NCBI GenBank assembly: GCA_040901985.1
Contig: JBBDYC010000008.1
Span: 240,490 to 304,489, forward strand
Direction of reading: 5' to 3'
Source of the DNA: Gemmatimonadaceae bacterium
GTDB taxonomy: Bacteria; Gemmatimonadota; Gemmatimonadetes; Gemmatimonadales; Gemmatimonadaceae
DNA: 64,000 bases
Below the pieces are notes generated by a model. The model was given only the letters and a program-made list of their open reading frames with translations. It had not been told where the DNA came from and made no database searches. The translations under genes were made by a program, and so were the position numbers. Each line of letters opens with the position of its first letter. Positions within the stretch are counted from its first letter, which is position 1. Below are positions 27,754 to 37,464 of the stretch, piece by piece.

Positions 27754-28925
27754 CCCGACCTCGATACATACGCCCGCCCCTTCCACGACACCCTGCTCCC
27801 ACGCCACGCCGCCTCGGCGAGGATCCACGCAAAGACCAGCGCGCCGAGCGGATGGCTCAGCGCCCAGAGCGGATTGAGCCGCGCATAGTGGTACGTCCCC
27901 ACCCAGAACACCAGGTACGCCGCCGATGAGACGATGCCGAACCAGAGCGTCGCCGCGCCCGCTACGCCGGTGAGGCCAAGGATGAGCGCGACGGTCGGCA
28001 CCAGCGACACCAGCGCCGGCAGCGGGAAGATGAACGGCAAGATGCGGCTCGTGACGGGCCCCACCGGCAGCACGTCCCGTCCCGCGGCGTACACGTTCTT
28101 CCCCCACCCCCGGCGGATCTCGCCCAACGACCGGTACATCCGCGTGCTCATCGCGTCGCGGCCGAGCACCATATGCGCCGCGAGCCCCTGCCGCGCAAGG
28201 CGCTGGGCGAGCATCAGGTCCTCGGCGACGTGCTGCCGCACCCCCTCGTGGCCACCGACCTGGTCGTACGCATCGCGCCGCATCAGGAGAAACTGGCCAT
28301 TGGCGAACTTGCGCCGCGGCTTTAGCGACCGGCTCATCGCCTCGAGGTTCCCGGTGTGCGACATCAGGATCGCGAAGACAAACGGTTGCACGACCTTCTC
28401 CCAGAACGTCACCATCTCCTGGCGGCCGACCACGCTGAACAGCGCGGCGTCGCGCGCGCGGAGCGCGTTGACGCTCCGGGCGAGGAGGTCGGCGCCGTGC
28501 GTGGTGTCGGCGTCGGTGAAGCAGAGCAGGGTACCGCGCGCCTGCATTGCCGCCGTGTGGCAGGCCCACTGCTTGCCGAACCACTCGTTGGGCAGCGGCG
28601 GCGCGTCGAGCACGCGCACCCGCCGGCCGGGATCCTCGGCGGCAATGCGTCGCGCGATGGCGCCGGTGCCGTCGGTCGAGTGGTCGTCCACGACGAACAC
28701 CTCCACCGCGGGATACGTCGTGGCGAGCACGCTGCGCAGGCAGCGTTCGATGTTGTGCGCCTCGTTCCGCGCGGGGATGACCACGCTCACCAGCGGCGCG
28801 TCGGCGGGCGCCGCCGCCGGGTACTCGTCGAGCCGTCGCGACCCGAAGAAGCGGACGACGATGACGACGAGCCAGAGGATCCAAAGTCCCGACGCAAGCC
28901 AGGCCGGCCAGAGGGCGGCGGTCAT
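27750..28925 (-). CDS. GT2 glycosyltransferase (CrtQ/CruC-like membrane type)
   Basis: VIPARNE, VDDHSTDGT, WFGKQWAC, FTDADT, ANGQF, AEDL, WKGR. Confidence 0.88.
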   Translation of the reverse strand: MTAALWPAWLASGLWILWLVVIVVRFFGSRRLDEYPAAAPADAPLVSVVIPARNEAHNIERCLRSVLATTYPAVEVFVVDDHSTDGTGAIARRIAAEDPGRRVRVLDAPPLPNEWFGKQWACHTAAMQARGTLLCFTDADTTHGADLLARSVNALRARDAALFSVVGRQEMVTFWEKVVQPFVFAILMSHTGNLEAMSRSLKPRRKFANGQFLLMRRDAYDQVGGHEGVRQHVAEDLMLAQRLARQGLAAHMVLGRDAMSTRMYRSLGEIRRGWGKNVYAAGRDVLPVGPVTSRILPFIFPLPALVSLVPTVALILGLTGVAGAATLWFGIVSSAAYLVFWVGTYHYARLNPLWALSHPLGALVFAWILAEAAWRGSRVSWKGRAYVSRSG

Positions 28926-28932
28926 TCGCGCA

Positions 28933-30177
28933 TCACACCTCGCGCTCGCCGCGCGCGAGGATCACCGACGCCGCCATATGCCCGGTCACGTTGGTCGTGG
29001 TGCGGAACATATCGGGGATCGTGTCCACGCCGAGCAGGATGCCGATCCCCTCGACCGGGATCCCCGCTGCCATCAGCACCGGAACCATCACGATGATCGA
29101 CCCCCCCGGCACGCCCGGTACGGAGAACGAGGTGATCAGGCTCGTCACGGCGATGGTCAGCAGTTGCGCGGTGCCGAGGTCCACGCCGTAAAGCTTGGCG
29201 ATGAAGATCACGCCCACGGTCTGGCCGATCCCGGCGCCGGCGCGGAACATTGACGCGGCGAGGGGAATGAAGAAGCTCCCGATCACCGGCGGGAGCCGCA
29301 GCGTGTCCCTGACGCTCTCGAGCATCGCCGGGATCGCGGCGAGCGACGAGCGTGAACTGAAGGCGATTCCCTGCGCGGGGAGCGAGGCGCTCGCGAAGAG
29401 CCGGAACGGCACGCGGCCGAGTATGATGGCGGCAGGGTAGAGCACCAGTCCCACAAAGAGCACGCAGATGACGCTCACGATCACGATGTAGCTCGCCAGC
29501 GCGCCCGCGGCGGCGATCCCCATCCGCGCCGCCAGCGGTACTGCCAGCGCAAAGACGCCGAGCGGTGCAAAGGCGAGGATTGCGCGGACGAGCACCAGCG
29601 CGGCGTCCTGGATTCCCTCGAAGACCCGAGTCACGGCGGCGCGCCGCTCGACGCCGATGCGCGTCAGCGCCGCGGCGAACGCTACGGTGGCGACGATCAC
29701 CGGGAGCATCGCCCCGTCGGCGGCGGCCTTGATCGGGTTGGCCGGCACAAGGTCCACCACCCACTGCCCGACGCTCGGCACGCGGCGCGCGCCCTCGGTG
29801 GCCATGTCCCCTGCGCTCGCCGCGCTCGCGCGCAGCGCCTCGACCGCCGTGGCGTCGAGCGGGAACGCCGCCATCAGCGGCGCGCCGAGCAGCACGCCGA
29901 ACGCCGTGGCCGCCGCGAGGACGATCACGAAGAGCACCAACGCGCGGGCGCCGATCCGCCCCACCGACCGCGGGTCGGGCGCCGACGTCACGCCGACCAC
30001 CAGGCTCGCCACGACGAGCGGGATCACCGTCATCCGGATCGCATTGATGAAGAGCGCGCCGATGGGATCGAGCGCGCGGATGGTGGCGGTGGCCAGCGCG
30101 CTGTCGGAGCCGGCGAGGCCGAGCCCGAGACCGAGGCCGGCGAGGAGCGCGACGAGGACCTGAATGGTGAGCGGCAT
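28933..30177 (-). CDS. Dicarboxylate/amino acid:cation (DAACS) symporter
   Basis: FINAIRMTVIPLV, VPANP, FSSRSSLAAIP, GVPGG, DMFRTTTNVTG. Confidence 0.92.
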   Translation of the reverse strand: MPLTIQVLVALLAGLGLGLGLAGSDSALATATIRALDPIGALFINAIRMTVIPLVVASLVVGVTSAPDPRSVGRIGARALVLFVIVLAAATAFGVLLGAPLMAAFPLDATAVEALRASAASAGDMATEGARRVPSVGQWVVDLVPANPIKAAADGAMLPVIVATVAFAAALTRIGVERRAAVTRVFEGIQDAALVLVRAILAFAPLGVFALAVPLAARMGIAAAGALASYIVIVSVICVLFVGLVLYPAAIILGRVPFRLFASASLPAQGIAFSSRSSLAAIPAMLESVRDTLRLPPVIGSFFIPLAASMFRAGAGIGQTVGVIFIAKLYGVDLGTAQLLTIAVTSLITSFSVPGVPGGSIIVMVPVLMAAGIPVEGIGILLGVDTIPDMFRTTTNVTGHMAASVILARGEREV

Positions 30178-30245
30178 CGGGGAAAGATGATGCTTCACGG
30201 CGTCGCGCGCCGGGCATAACTTCAACCGACCCCTCTCCCCACCGT

Positions 30246-30608
30246 ATGTCCGCCAAATCCGCCGACGAACTCCTCGCCGAGGCCCGGGCCCGCATCCGCG
30301 AGGTCTCGGCCGCCGACGTGGTCAACGCCCTCAACGGCGGCTCCGCCCCGCTGCTCCTCGACGTCCGCGAGCCACGCGAGACCAATCTTGGCTGCATTGC
30401 CGGCGCACAGGTGATTCCCCTCGGCGACCTGGAGGCAAGGGTCGGGGCAATGATTTCCCGGGACGCCAACGTCGTGATCTACTGCGCGAGAGGGAACCGC
30501 TCGGCGCTCGCCGCCGACGCGATGCAGCGGATGGGCTACACGAACGTGGCCTCGATGGCCGGCGGATGGCTGGCCTGGATGGGACTCGACGGGCCGGTCG
30601 AGGGGTGA
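30246..30608 (+). CDS. Rhodanese-like protein
   Basis: LLDVREP, YCARGNRS, MAGGWLAW. Confidence 0.9.
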   Translation: MSAKSADELLAEARARIREVSAADVVNALNGGSAPLLLDVREPRETNLGCIAGAQVIPLGDLEARVGAMISRDANVVIYCARGNRSALAADAMQRMGYTNVASMAGGWLAWMGLDGPVEG

Positions 30609-31219
30609 TGGCCGGCGCGGCCGCCCGGGCGGCATTGGCCGCCCATCGTGAACGCATCGCACGCGCGCTCGCCGCGCGTCCGGCGCGGCTCGCCGAGCGC
30701 GACGAACCCTACCACGAGGCCGCCGTCGCACTCATCCTCAGGCCGAGCGAGGCGCCGGAGGACGTCGAGCTGCTGCTCGTCCGACGCGCCGTGCGTGCCG
30801 GCGACCCGTGGAGCGGCCAGATCGGACTGCCCGGCGGACGGTTCGCGCCCGTTGACGAGTCGCTCGAGGCCACGGCCATCCGCGAGACACGCGAGGAGGT
30901 CGGCCTCGACCTGCCGGCGCGTGGTGTGGCACTCGGCGCGCTCGACGAACTGCGACCGCGCACCCCGGTCCTTCCGCCGATCATCGTGCGCCCGTTCGTC
31001 TGGGCCGTCGAGGGCGCGCCGGCGCTCGCGCCGAACCACGAGATCGCCGAGGCGCGTTGGGTGAGGCTCGGGGACCTCTTCCGCCCGACGGCGCGGGTGC
31101 GCACCGAGGTCGAGGTCCGCGAGGTCCGGTTGAATGTTGACGCGTTCCAGCTCGGCGATTTCACTATCTGGGGGATGACCGAGCGGATCCTCACCACCTT
31201 CGAGGAGGTCTGGCGATGA
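30608..31219 (+). CDS. Nudix CoA pyrophosphatase
   Basis: WSGQIGLPGG..TAIRETREEVG, IWGMT. Confidence 0.9.
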   Translation: MAGAAARAALAAHRERIARALAARPARLAERDEPYHEAAVALILRPSEAPEDVELLLVRRAVRAGDPWSGQIGLPGGRFAPVDESLEATAIRETREEVGLDLPARGVALGALDELRPRTPVLPPIIVRPFVWAVEGAPALAPNHEIAEARWVRLGDLFRPTARVRTEVEVREVRLNVDAFQLGDFTIWGMTERILTTFEEVWR

Positions 31220-31851
31220 GCACGGGCTGGCGGGCGCTGGCAATCACGCTCGTGGCATTCGCGGTCGCCTCGCTCGGTGATCGGTGGGTCTTCGAGCACG
31301 CGTACCACCCGACGATCTACGATCACGACTGGGGACGGCTGCTGCGGGTGATGGGGTTCCTTGGCACCTGGATCGCGATCGCCGTCGCGGTGGGACTGCA
31401 CGAGGGGCGAGAGCCGGCGGCGCGGCCGCGCGCGCGGCGGCGGGCCTGGATCCTCTTCTGGTCGCCGGCACTCGGCGGCTCGGTGGCCGAGGTCCTCAAG
31501 ATCGTGATTCGGCGCGAGCGGCCGGCGTTGCACGACGGACTCTACGGATTCCGCCCCTGGGACGAGCGCACCTGGAGCGGGGCGGGACTCTCGTTGCCCA
31601 GCTCGCACGCCGCGGTGGCGTTCGCCGGCGCGGCGATGCTGGCGCGCTACTATCCCCGCGCGCGATGGGTTGGCTACACGCTGGCGGTCGGCTGCGGCGC
31701 GTCTCGCGTGCTGGCACGCGCACATTTCGTCAGCGACATCGTGCTAGCCGCCGGCATTGGTTGGCTTGTCGCGTTTCTCCTGTCGCGCCGCTGGCCGCCC
31801 GAGGGCGCGTCCAGGACGGCGGAGCGGTCCGATCCGCAGGCCGGCGGCTGA
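31216..31851 (+). CDS. PAP2-family phosphatase
   Basis: K..IRRERP, LPSSHA, SRVLARAHFVSD. Confidence 0.9.
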   Translation: MSTGWRALAITLVAFAVASLGDRWVFEHAYHPTIYDHDWGRLLRVMGFLGTWIAIAVAVGLHEGREPAARPRARRRAWILFWSPALGGSVAEVLKIVIRRERPALHDGLYGFRPWDERTWSGAGLSLPSSHAAVAFAGAAMLARYYPRARWVGYTLAVGCGASRVLARAHFVSDIVLAAGIGWLVAFLLSRRWPPEGASRTAERSDPQAGG

Positions 31852-31969
31852 GTCGGCGATCAGCGATGCGAGACGCGTGGCGCGCGTCTCCGACATCTTC
31901 GTCGAGACCGCCGCCCGTCGGTTCCGCACGGCGCAGAACCACCCCCGCGGACGGTCGGTCCGCCCACCT

Positions 31970-32285
31970 CGAGACTCCACGACCCGGAGAACGAGAAGGA
32001 ACGAGAACGCTGCGGCGATGAGACCGACAGCCCGACCGAAGATCGCGCCACCAGCCAGCGTCAGCGGCGTGCCGGGGAGTTCGAGCGTCGCGGCAATGGC
32101 GTACGCAAGCACGAAGGCCGGTGCCGCCCACGGCACCGCGCGTGCCGCGCGCACGGCCTCGCCGATCCGCGCGGGATCTGCGTAGACGAGTAGCCCGGTA
32201 CGATCGGCAACGAACCACGCGGCGGCGGGTTGTCGACCGGGTCGGGCTTGGTCGGGACAAACGGGGAGATGAGCGGCTTGGTCAT
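31970..32285 (-). pseudogene. TVP38/TMEM64 (DedA/VTT) remnant with internal deletions
   Basis: ATG at 32285 (MTKPLISP..) is out of frame with WAAPAFVLAYAIAATLELPGTPLTLAGGAIFG, which runs directly into a final TM; VTT core missing; 3' limit approximate. Confidence 0.65.
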
Positions 32286-32290
32286 TCGGA

Positions 32291-32318
32291 GTGAACTCTT
32301 TTTCGGGACGCCGTATTG
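32291..32318 (+). promoter_or_regulatory. ECF-type promoter GTGAAC-N15-CGTATTG
   Basis: Upstream of the 32402 oxidoreductase; one of six copies. Confidence 0.65.
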
Positions 32319-32343
32319 CTGAGACGTGCGTCGTGCACCGAGC

Positions 32344-32372
32344 CAATACGTGACGCAGCCGACACGTTGCCC
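32344..32372 (-). promoter_or_regulatory. ECF-type promoter GGGCAAC-N15-CGTATTG
   Basis: Upstream of the TVP38 remnant start at 32285. Confidence 0.65.
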
Positions 32373-32401
32373 AATCATCCACACCGCCCGAAGCCGATTC
32401 G

Positions 32402-33832
32402 ATGTCTTCCAAGACCTATGATATCCTCGCCATTGGCGGCGGCACCGCCGGACTCGTCACGGCAGCAGGCGGCGCGGGGCTCGGCGCCAAGGTCGCGCTG
32501 ATCGAGCGTCACCGGATGGGGGGAGAGTGCCTCTGGAATGGTTGCGTCCCCAGCAAGGCGCTGATTGCCGCGGCCAAGGCGGCCAAGCAGGCGCGCACCG
32601 CGCGCCGGTTCGGCGTGGAAACGGGCGACGTGAGGGTGCACCTCGATGAGGCACTCGCCCACGTGCGTCGCGTGCAGGAGAAGATTGCCCCACACGATTC
32701 CCCGGAGCGGTTCCGTGGACTCGGGGTCGATGTGTATGAGGGGTCGGCAAGGATCGTCGCGCCCGATGCTGTTGAGGTGAACGGTGAGATGCTGCGCACG
32801 CGGCACCTGGTCATCGCCACGGGCACGCGACCGGCCGTACCGCCTATCCCGGGTCTCAGGGACGTGCCGTTCCACACGAACGAGTCGATCTTTCAAATTG
32901 AGCAGCTGCCGGGCACGTTGCTCGTGATCGGCGGCGGTTCCATCGGCACCGAGCTGGCGCAGGCCTTCGGGCGACTTGGCTCCACGGTGCACGTGATCGA
33001 GGCGCTCCCTGATTTCTTCTTCCGTGAGGACAAGGAGATCGCGGCGATGCTCCGCGAGCATCTGGAGGCTGAGGGCCTCACGTTTCATCTCGGCGCGCAG
33101 GCCAGCAATGTGCGCCAGGAAGGTGCGCGAACGGTGGTCACGATCACGCGCGCCGACGGTGGCATACAGGAGCTCACGGGGGACGCGCTCCTGGTTGCCG
33201 TGGGGCGCTCGCCGAGCATCGGGGACCTGGGACTGGAAGGAATCGGTGTGAAGACCGATCGTGGCGGCGTTGTCACGGACGGCAAGCTTCGCACGAACGT
33301 GCCGGGCGTCTGGGCGGTGGGCGATGTGGTCAGCGGCGGGCTCAAGTTCACGCACGTCGCGGACCATATGGCGCGTGGTCTCCTGCGCAACGCGCTCTTT
33401 CCGGGATCGAGCACGCTCGACTACTCCGCGGTGCCGTGGGTGACGTACACCGACCCCGAGCTGGCACACGTCGGTTTGACGGAGGCCGAGGCGCGCGAGC
33501 AATTCGGCAGTTCGATCGGTGTGTGGCGTCGGGACGTCGGCGCGGTGGATCGCGTCCTCGCCGACGGCGGACCGGCCGGGCTCGTCAAGATCGTGACCGA
33601 TCGGAAGGGGCGCGTGTTGGGTGGCCACATCCTTGGTCCGCACGCGGGGGATATGATCGGCGAGCTAACCATCGCGCTGAAGCACGGGCTCACGGTCGGG
33701 CAGCTTGGCGCGGTGATCCATCCCTACCCGACGACAGCGGAAGCCATCAAGCAGGCATCGGAGCAGCGGGTAAAGGCGACGTTCAGCGGGTGGAAGAAGG
33801 CGTTGGTGCGCCGGTTGGTGCGGCGGGCGTAG
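32402..33832 (+). CDS. Pyridine nucleotide-disulfide oxidoreductase (MerA/LpdA-like, no C-terminal CC)
   Basis: GGGTAG, GGECLWNGCVPSK, GGGSIG.E, WAVGD, HPYPT. Confidence 0.9.
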   Translation: MSSKTYDILAIGGGTAGLVTAAGGAGLGAKVALIERHRMGGECLWNGCVPSKALIAAAKAAKQARTARRFGVETGDVRVHLDEALAHVRRVQEKIAPHDSPERFRGLGVDVYEGSARIVAPDAVEVNGEMLRTRHLVIATGTRPAVPPIPGLRDVPFHTNESIFQIEQLPGTLLVIGGGSIGTELAQAFGRLGSTVHVIEALPDFFFREDKEIAAMLREHLEAEGLTFHLGAQASNVRQEGARTVVTITRADGGIQELTGDALLVAVGRSPSIGDLGLEGIGVKTDRGGVVTDGKLRTNVPGVWAVGDVVSGGLKFTHVADHMARGLLRNALFPGSSTLDYSAVPWVTYTDPELAHVGLTEAEAREQFGSSIGVWRRDVGAVDRVLADGGPAGLVKIVTDRKGRVLGGHILGPHAGDMIGELTIALKHGLTVGQLGAVIHPYPTTAEAIKQASEQRVKATFSGWKKALVRRLVRRA

Positions 33833-33857
33833 GCGCATGAGCGGAATCGAGCGACGT

Positions 33858-34673
33858 TCACAGCGACTCCTCCGAGAGTTCCAGAGTGGGGCCGATACGT
33901 TGCAGGACGCCCTCGCGGACCGGCGTCCAGGGCTCGTCGGTCGTGATCGGCTCGGAGGCGAACACCACTGCCCGGTAGTTCGACGGCGGTGTGCCCTCCA
34001 CGTGCAGGGCGCCGGCGCACACCTGGCAGGCGTGCACCTCCTCGCGCTCCACATACCAGAGTGAGCGGCCGCATCGCGAGACCACGGATTCGGCGCCATC
34101 GGTCACGACCATGTTGAGCGCCAACTCCGCGGCGGAATCTGCGGACCGCGACCACGCGGTCACGGCGTTGACGACCGTGCGCACCGCGTGCACGATGCCC
34201 CGCTCCGGCCGCCGCGCGAGTTCCGAAAGTGCTAAATGAAAGACGTGTTCACTGTCGGTGTCTCCACGCGGGAGGTCGCGGAAGGCCGGCTGCATCGCGG
34301 CGAGTACGCGGTCGCGGATGAGCGGAAAGGCACCGACGGTCCCGTTGTGCGCGAACAGCCACCGATCCACCTGGAACGGGTGCGTGTTCTCGGCGCGGCG
34401 GATGCCGATTGTCGCACTGCGGACGTGCGCGAGCGCGTTGGTCGTGAAGGCCTCGGCAGCGGCCCAGCGGAACTGCTCGCTATTTACGGCCGCGACAGGC
34501 TGGCGCGTCAAAAACGGGGCGAGGTCCGCGTAGTGCCCGAGTCCCCAGCCGTCGGGGTGCACCAGTCCCTCGGCGTCACCCGTGCTTTGCCGCAGCAGGG
34601 AGTTCTGCGCCGCGATGAGCTCGCACTCGATCTTGCGACGATGGCTCGAGCGAAAGGTGTAGAGGCGGCACAT
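33858..34673 (-). CDS. Class II glutamine amidotransferase / Ntn hydrolase (EgtC/YafJ-like)
   Basis: N-terminal MCRL, HPDGWG, AHVRSAT, NTHPF, HNG, GDTDSE, ASEP. Confidence 0.9.
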   Translation of the reverse strand: MCRLYTFRSSHRRKIECELIAAQNSLLRQSTGDAEGLVHPDGWGLGHYADLAPFLTRQPVAAVNSEQFRWAAAEAFTTNALAHVRSATIGIRRAENTHPFQVDRWLFAHNGTVGAFPLIRDRVLAAMQPAFRDLPRGDTDSEHVFHLALSELARRPERGIVHAVRTVVNAVTAWSRSADSAAELALNMVVTDGAESVVSRCGRSLWYVEREEVHACQVCAGALHVEGTPPSNYRAVVFASEPITTDEPWTPVREGVLQRIGPTLELSEESL

Positions 34674-34674
34674 C

Positions 34675-35457
34675 CTATTCCGCCGGCGCCAGCGCGTCAC
34701 CGCCTACGTAGCGGGTGGCCCACCCCGCAATGACGTCGGCGGCGAACTGGGCGTCGGACTCTCGCGTGAGCAAGTGATCGGCCCCGTCGAGTGACACGAA
34801 TGAGCGCGGGTGCTGCGCCGCCTCAAAGATGGCCTTGGCCTCGCGCACATTCACCACGCGGTCGTCAGGGGCGTGCATCACGAGGAGCGGCCGCCCGAGT
34901 GCGCGAATGCGTGCCGCCGGCTCCTGGGCCTCAAGGTCGTCGACGAACGCCTGGGTGATGGTGAACGGCCGCCCAGCGAGCGAGACTGTCGCCCGCCCCT
35001 CCTCCGCGATCCGCGCGAGCGCCTCGTGAAAGTGCTGGGCAACGTGCGCTGGATTGAATGGCGCACCGATGGTGACAATGGCCTTGCAGTCCTTGATGTC
35101 GCCGGCGGCGGCAAGCACCGCGGCGCCCCCCAGCGAGTGCCCGATCAGTAGTGCGGGGACTCCGTACGAGGCCCGGAGCCAGCCCGCCGCTGCCTGGACG
35201 TCAGCGACGTTCGATGAGAAATCCGTGTCGGCAAAGTCCCCCTCACTCGCGCCGAGTCCCGTGAAATCGAAGCGCAGCACACCGAAGCCGTGCTGCGCCA
35301 ACGCCCGCGCGATGAACGCCGCCGCCTTGCTCTCCTTGGAGCAGGTGAAGCAGTGGGCGATGATCGCGCAGGCGATGGGAGCTTCGCCAGCCGTATCGAG
35401 GCGTGCGGCGAGGGTCGCGCCGCGACTCCCTGGGAACGTGACGGGTGTGGATGGCAT
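34675..35457 (-). CDS. Alpha/beta hydrolase (resembles the N-domain of hydrolase-OsmC fusions)
   Basis: AHCFTCSK, RFDFTGLG.SEG, GHSLGG, DGADHLL. Confidence 0.9.
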   Translation of the reverse strand: MPSTPVTFPGSRGATLAARLDTAGEAPIACAIIAHCFTCSKESKAAAFIARALAQHGFGVLRFDFTGLGASEGDFADTDFSSNVADVQAAAGWLRASYGVPALLIGHSLGGAAVLAAAGDIKDCKAIVTIGAPFNPAHVAQHFHEALARIAEEGRATVSLAGRPFTITQAFVDDLEAQEPAARIRALGRPLLVMHAPDDRVVNVREAKAIFEAAQHPRSFVSLDGADHLLTRESDAQFAADVIAGWATRYVGGDALAPAE

Positions 35458-35484
35458 ACGGGTGCGAGGCGAACGCCGGCGCGT

Positions 35485-36378
35485 TCAGTGATGGTGCGGG
35501 GCGAGGGTCGTCGGAATGTGCGGTGACTCGAGGCCACCCGCCTCGATCCATCGCGCGGTGGTCCCGTACGCGGCCTCGATGAGTGCAGGCGAGTGCGTGA
35601 AGTCGTACGAACTGACCGGCATCGGGCAGATGGGCGGTACGACCGCGACGGGAAGTCGTGCGCTCCACGTCTGTGCCTCGGTCGCCAGCTGACGCGAGAG
35701 CAGGATGCCAACCATCCGCAATGCCATTGCCAGCACGCTCCGCGGTGGTTCCTGGGCCGCACACCCAAAGCCGGTGGGCAGGACGATCAATCGCGTTGCA
35801 CCCAGCGTGACTGCCGCAGTCAGCGCCGAGTGGCGTGCGAGCGCGCCGTCCACGAGCTGCCGATCCCCGATGCGTACAGGGGGAAATAGTCCCGGAATGG
35901 CGGCGCTCGCAACAACGGCGTCTGATGCGACGCCCTCCGTCAGCACGACCTCCTCGCCATCGCGCAAGTCAGCGGCCACCACGGCAATCGGGAGCACGGT
36001 GTCCTGCAACTCCTTGACGACGAGCCGAGTCGCGAGGAGCCGCCGGAGCCGCGCCGGATCCACGATGTGCGTGCGTCGACCGATCAGGGCGCGCAGCCAG
36101 GCGAGCGGGAGGTTGGGATAGATGCCATCCTCGGCGAGCCCACGCCAGATGGCGGCCATTCGCGCGACGCCATCCGAGGTCGGATCGCTTGCGAAGAAGA
36201 GTCCATTCAGTGCACCCACCGAGGTGCCGACGATGAAATCCGGGCGAACGCCGGCGCCGACGAGCGCCTGCAGCATCCCGACCTGCACAGCCCCGTGACT
36301 GCCCCCGCCCGCGAGTACGAAGGCCGTTCCGTGAAAGCGCGATGGAGGGAGGGGCACGGACTTCACCCCTTCCTCCAT
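35485..36378 (-). CDS. Patatin-like phospholipase
   Basis: GGGSHG, GTSVG, ASAAIPG.FPP, DGA; start uncertain. Confidence 0.9.
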   Translation of the reverse strand: MEEGVKSVPLPPSRFHGTAFVLAGGGSHGAVQVGMLQALVGAGVRPDFIVGTSVGALNGLFFASDPTSDGVARMAAIWRGLAEDGIYPNLPLAWLRALIGRRTHIVDPARLRRLLATRLVVKELQDTVLPIAVVAADLRDGEEVVLTEGVASDAVVASAAIPGLFPPVRIGDRQLVDGALARHSALTAAVTLGATRLIVLPTGFGCAAQEPPRSVLAMALRMVGILLSRQLATEAQTWSARLPVAVVPPICPMPVSSYDFTHSPALIEAAYGTTARWIEAGGLESPHIPTTLAPHHH

Positions 36379-36424
36379 CGCCAGTGATGCTTTCACGGTC
36401 CTTCTCCCGTGCGGCGTGGTGCGC

Positions 36425-36838
36425 TCACGCGTGCACCTGCCCCACCACGAACCGGGTATCGAGGTCTCGCAACAGGTAAAGCGCCGCGCAGGCCGCGAGC
36501 ATCGGCCACGCGGCAAAGAACAGCAGGTTCTTGAACGGATCGAGGTACTGCTGATACGAAGACAGCGTGGAGCCGAAATGCAGGAGCAACACTGCCCCGT
36601 ACGTAAAGCGCTTGGCGACACCGAGCACGAAGGCGACGATCAGCACCAGTTCGAGTCCACCGATGATGAGGAACGTCGACGCGCTGAGTCCGCCAAGGCC
36701 ATAGAAGTTCTCGAAGACCCGCGCGGCGTGCGCGGGCTGAACAAACTTGTCGAGTGTCCACATCAGCATCGTGATGAAGACGCCGAGCCGGAGCCAGAGC
36801 AGCGCCAGCGAGATTCGCGCCTCGTCGGGCGAAGTCAC
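36425..36838 (-). CDS. DoxX-like membrane protein
   Basis: LRLGVFITMLMWTLDKF..P, ELVL; GTGA overlap with the upstream gene. Confidence 0.8.
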   Translation of the reverse strand: MTSPDEARISLALLWLRLGVFITMLMWTLDKFVQPAHAARVFENFYGLGGLSASTFLIIGGLELVLIVAFVLGVAKRFTYGAVLLLHFGSTLSSYQQYLDPFKNLLFFAAWPMLAACAALYLLRDLDTRFVVGQVHA

Positions 36839-37464
36839 GCCGCGCTCGGCACGGAGGCCCCGGAAGCGATGCCTGGCACGCCTGGGGTCCAGGCCCAATC
36901 AAGGAATGGCGCATCCACGGGCGTGTTGAACAGATGGTTGGCGTAGTTGCTGATCGTCTTCACGCCGATGGCGAGGACGATGGAGAGCACGTGTCGCTCG
37001 GTGTAGCCGGCGGCGAGGAACGAAGCGAGATCGTTGCCGCTGGGGTGTCCGCGCTCCTGGACCATCACGCGGGTGAACGCCGCGAGGGCGGCGAGGCGCG
37101 GGTCGGTCCCGTTGCCGCCCAGCCGAATGGCGTGTACGGTGTCACGCGGGACACGCGATGGACCCGCAGCGAGGGTGCTGTGCGCCGCGATGCAGTATGC
37201 GCACTCGTTCTCGTGCGAGATCGCGAGAAGGACCACTTCCTGCTCGGCTGGCGTGAAGCCGCCCTCGGCGCGGAACTGCTGGTATCCCTCGGCATACGTG
37301 GTGAGAAGTCCCGGAAGCTGCGCCATGTTGCGGTACATATTCGGAATCATCCCCATCTTCTCCTGCGCGCCGCTGAGTACGGCGGCGGCCTCGGGGGCAG
37401 CGGTCTCCGGCGTAAGTGGGGGCAGCGTGAGGTGGGGCGACTGGTGCTGCGGGGCATTCGACAT
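36835..37464 (-). CDS. AhpD/carboxymuconolactone decarboxylase-family peroxidase-related protein
   Basis: GMIPNMY, SHENECAYCIAAH, SNYANH..TPVD. Confidence 0.9.
   Translation of the reverse strand: MSNAPQHQSPHLTLPPLTPETAAPEAAAVLSGAQEKMGMIPNMYRNMAQLPGLLTTYAEGYQQFRAEGGFTPAEQEVVLLAISHENECAYCIAAHSTLAAGPSRVPRDTVHAIRLGGNGTDPRLAALAAFTRVMVQERGHPSGNDLASFLAAGYTERHVLSIVLAIGVKTISNYANHLFNTPVDAPFLDWAWTPGVPGIASGASVPSAA

Noticed and set aside
32402..33832. Mercuric reductase MerA / mercury resistance
   Set aside because: No C-terminal Cys-Cys pair, no NmerA domain, and no merR/T/P nearby.
33858..34673. Ergothioneine biosynthesis cluster
   Set aside because: Only an EgtC/YafJ-like hydrolase is present; no EgtB, EgtD or EgtA in the window.
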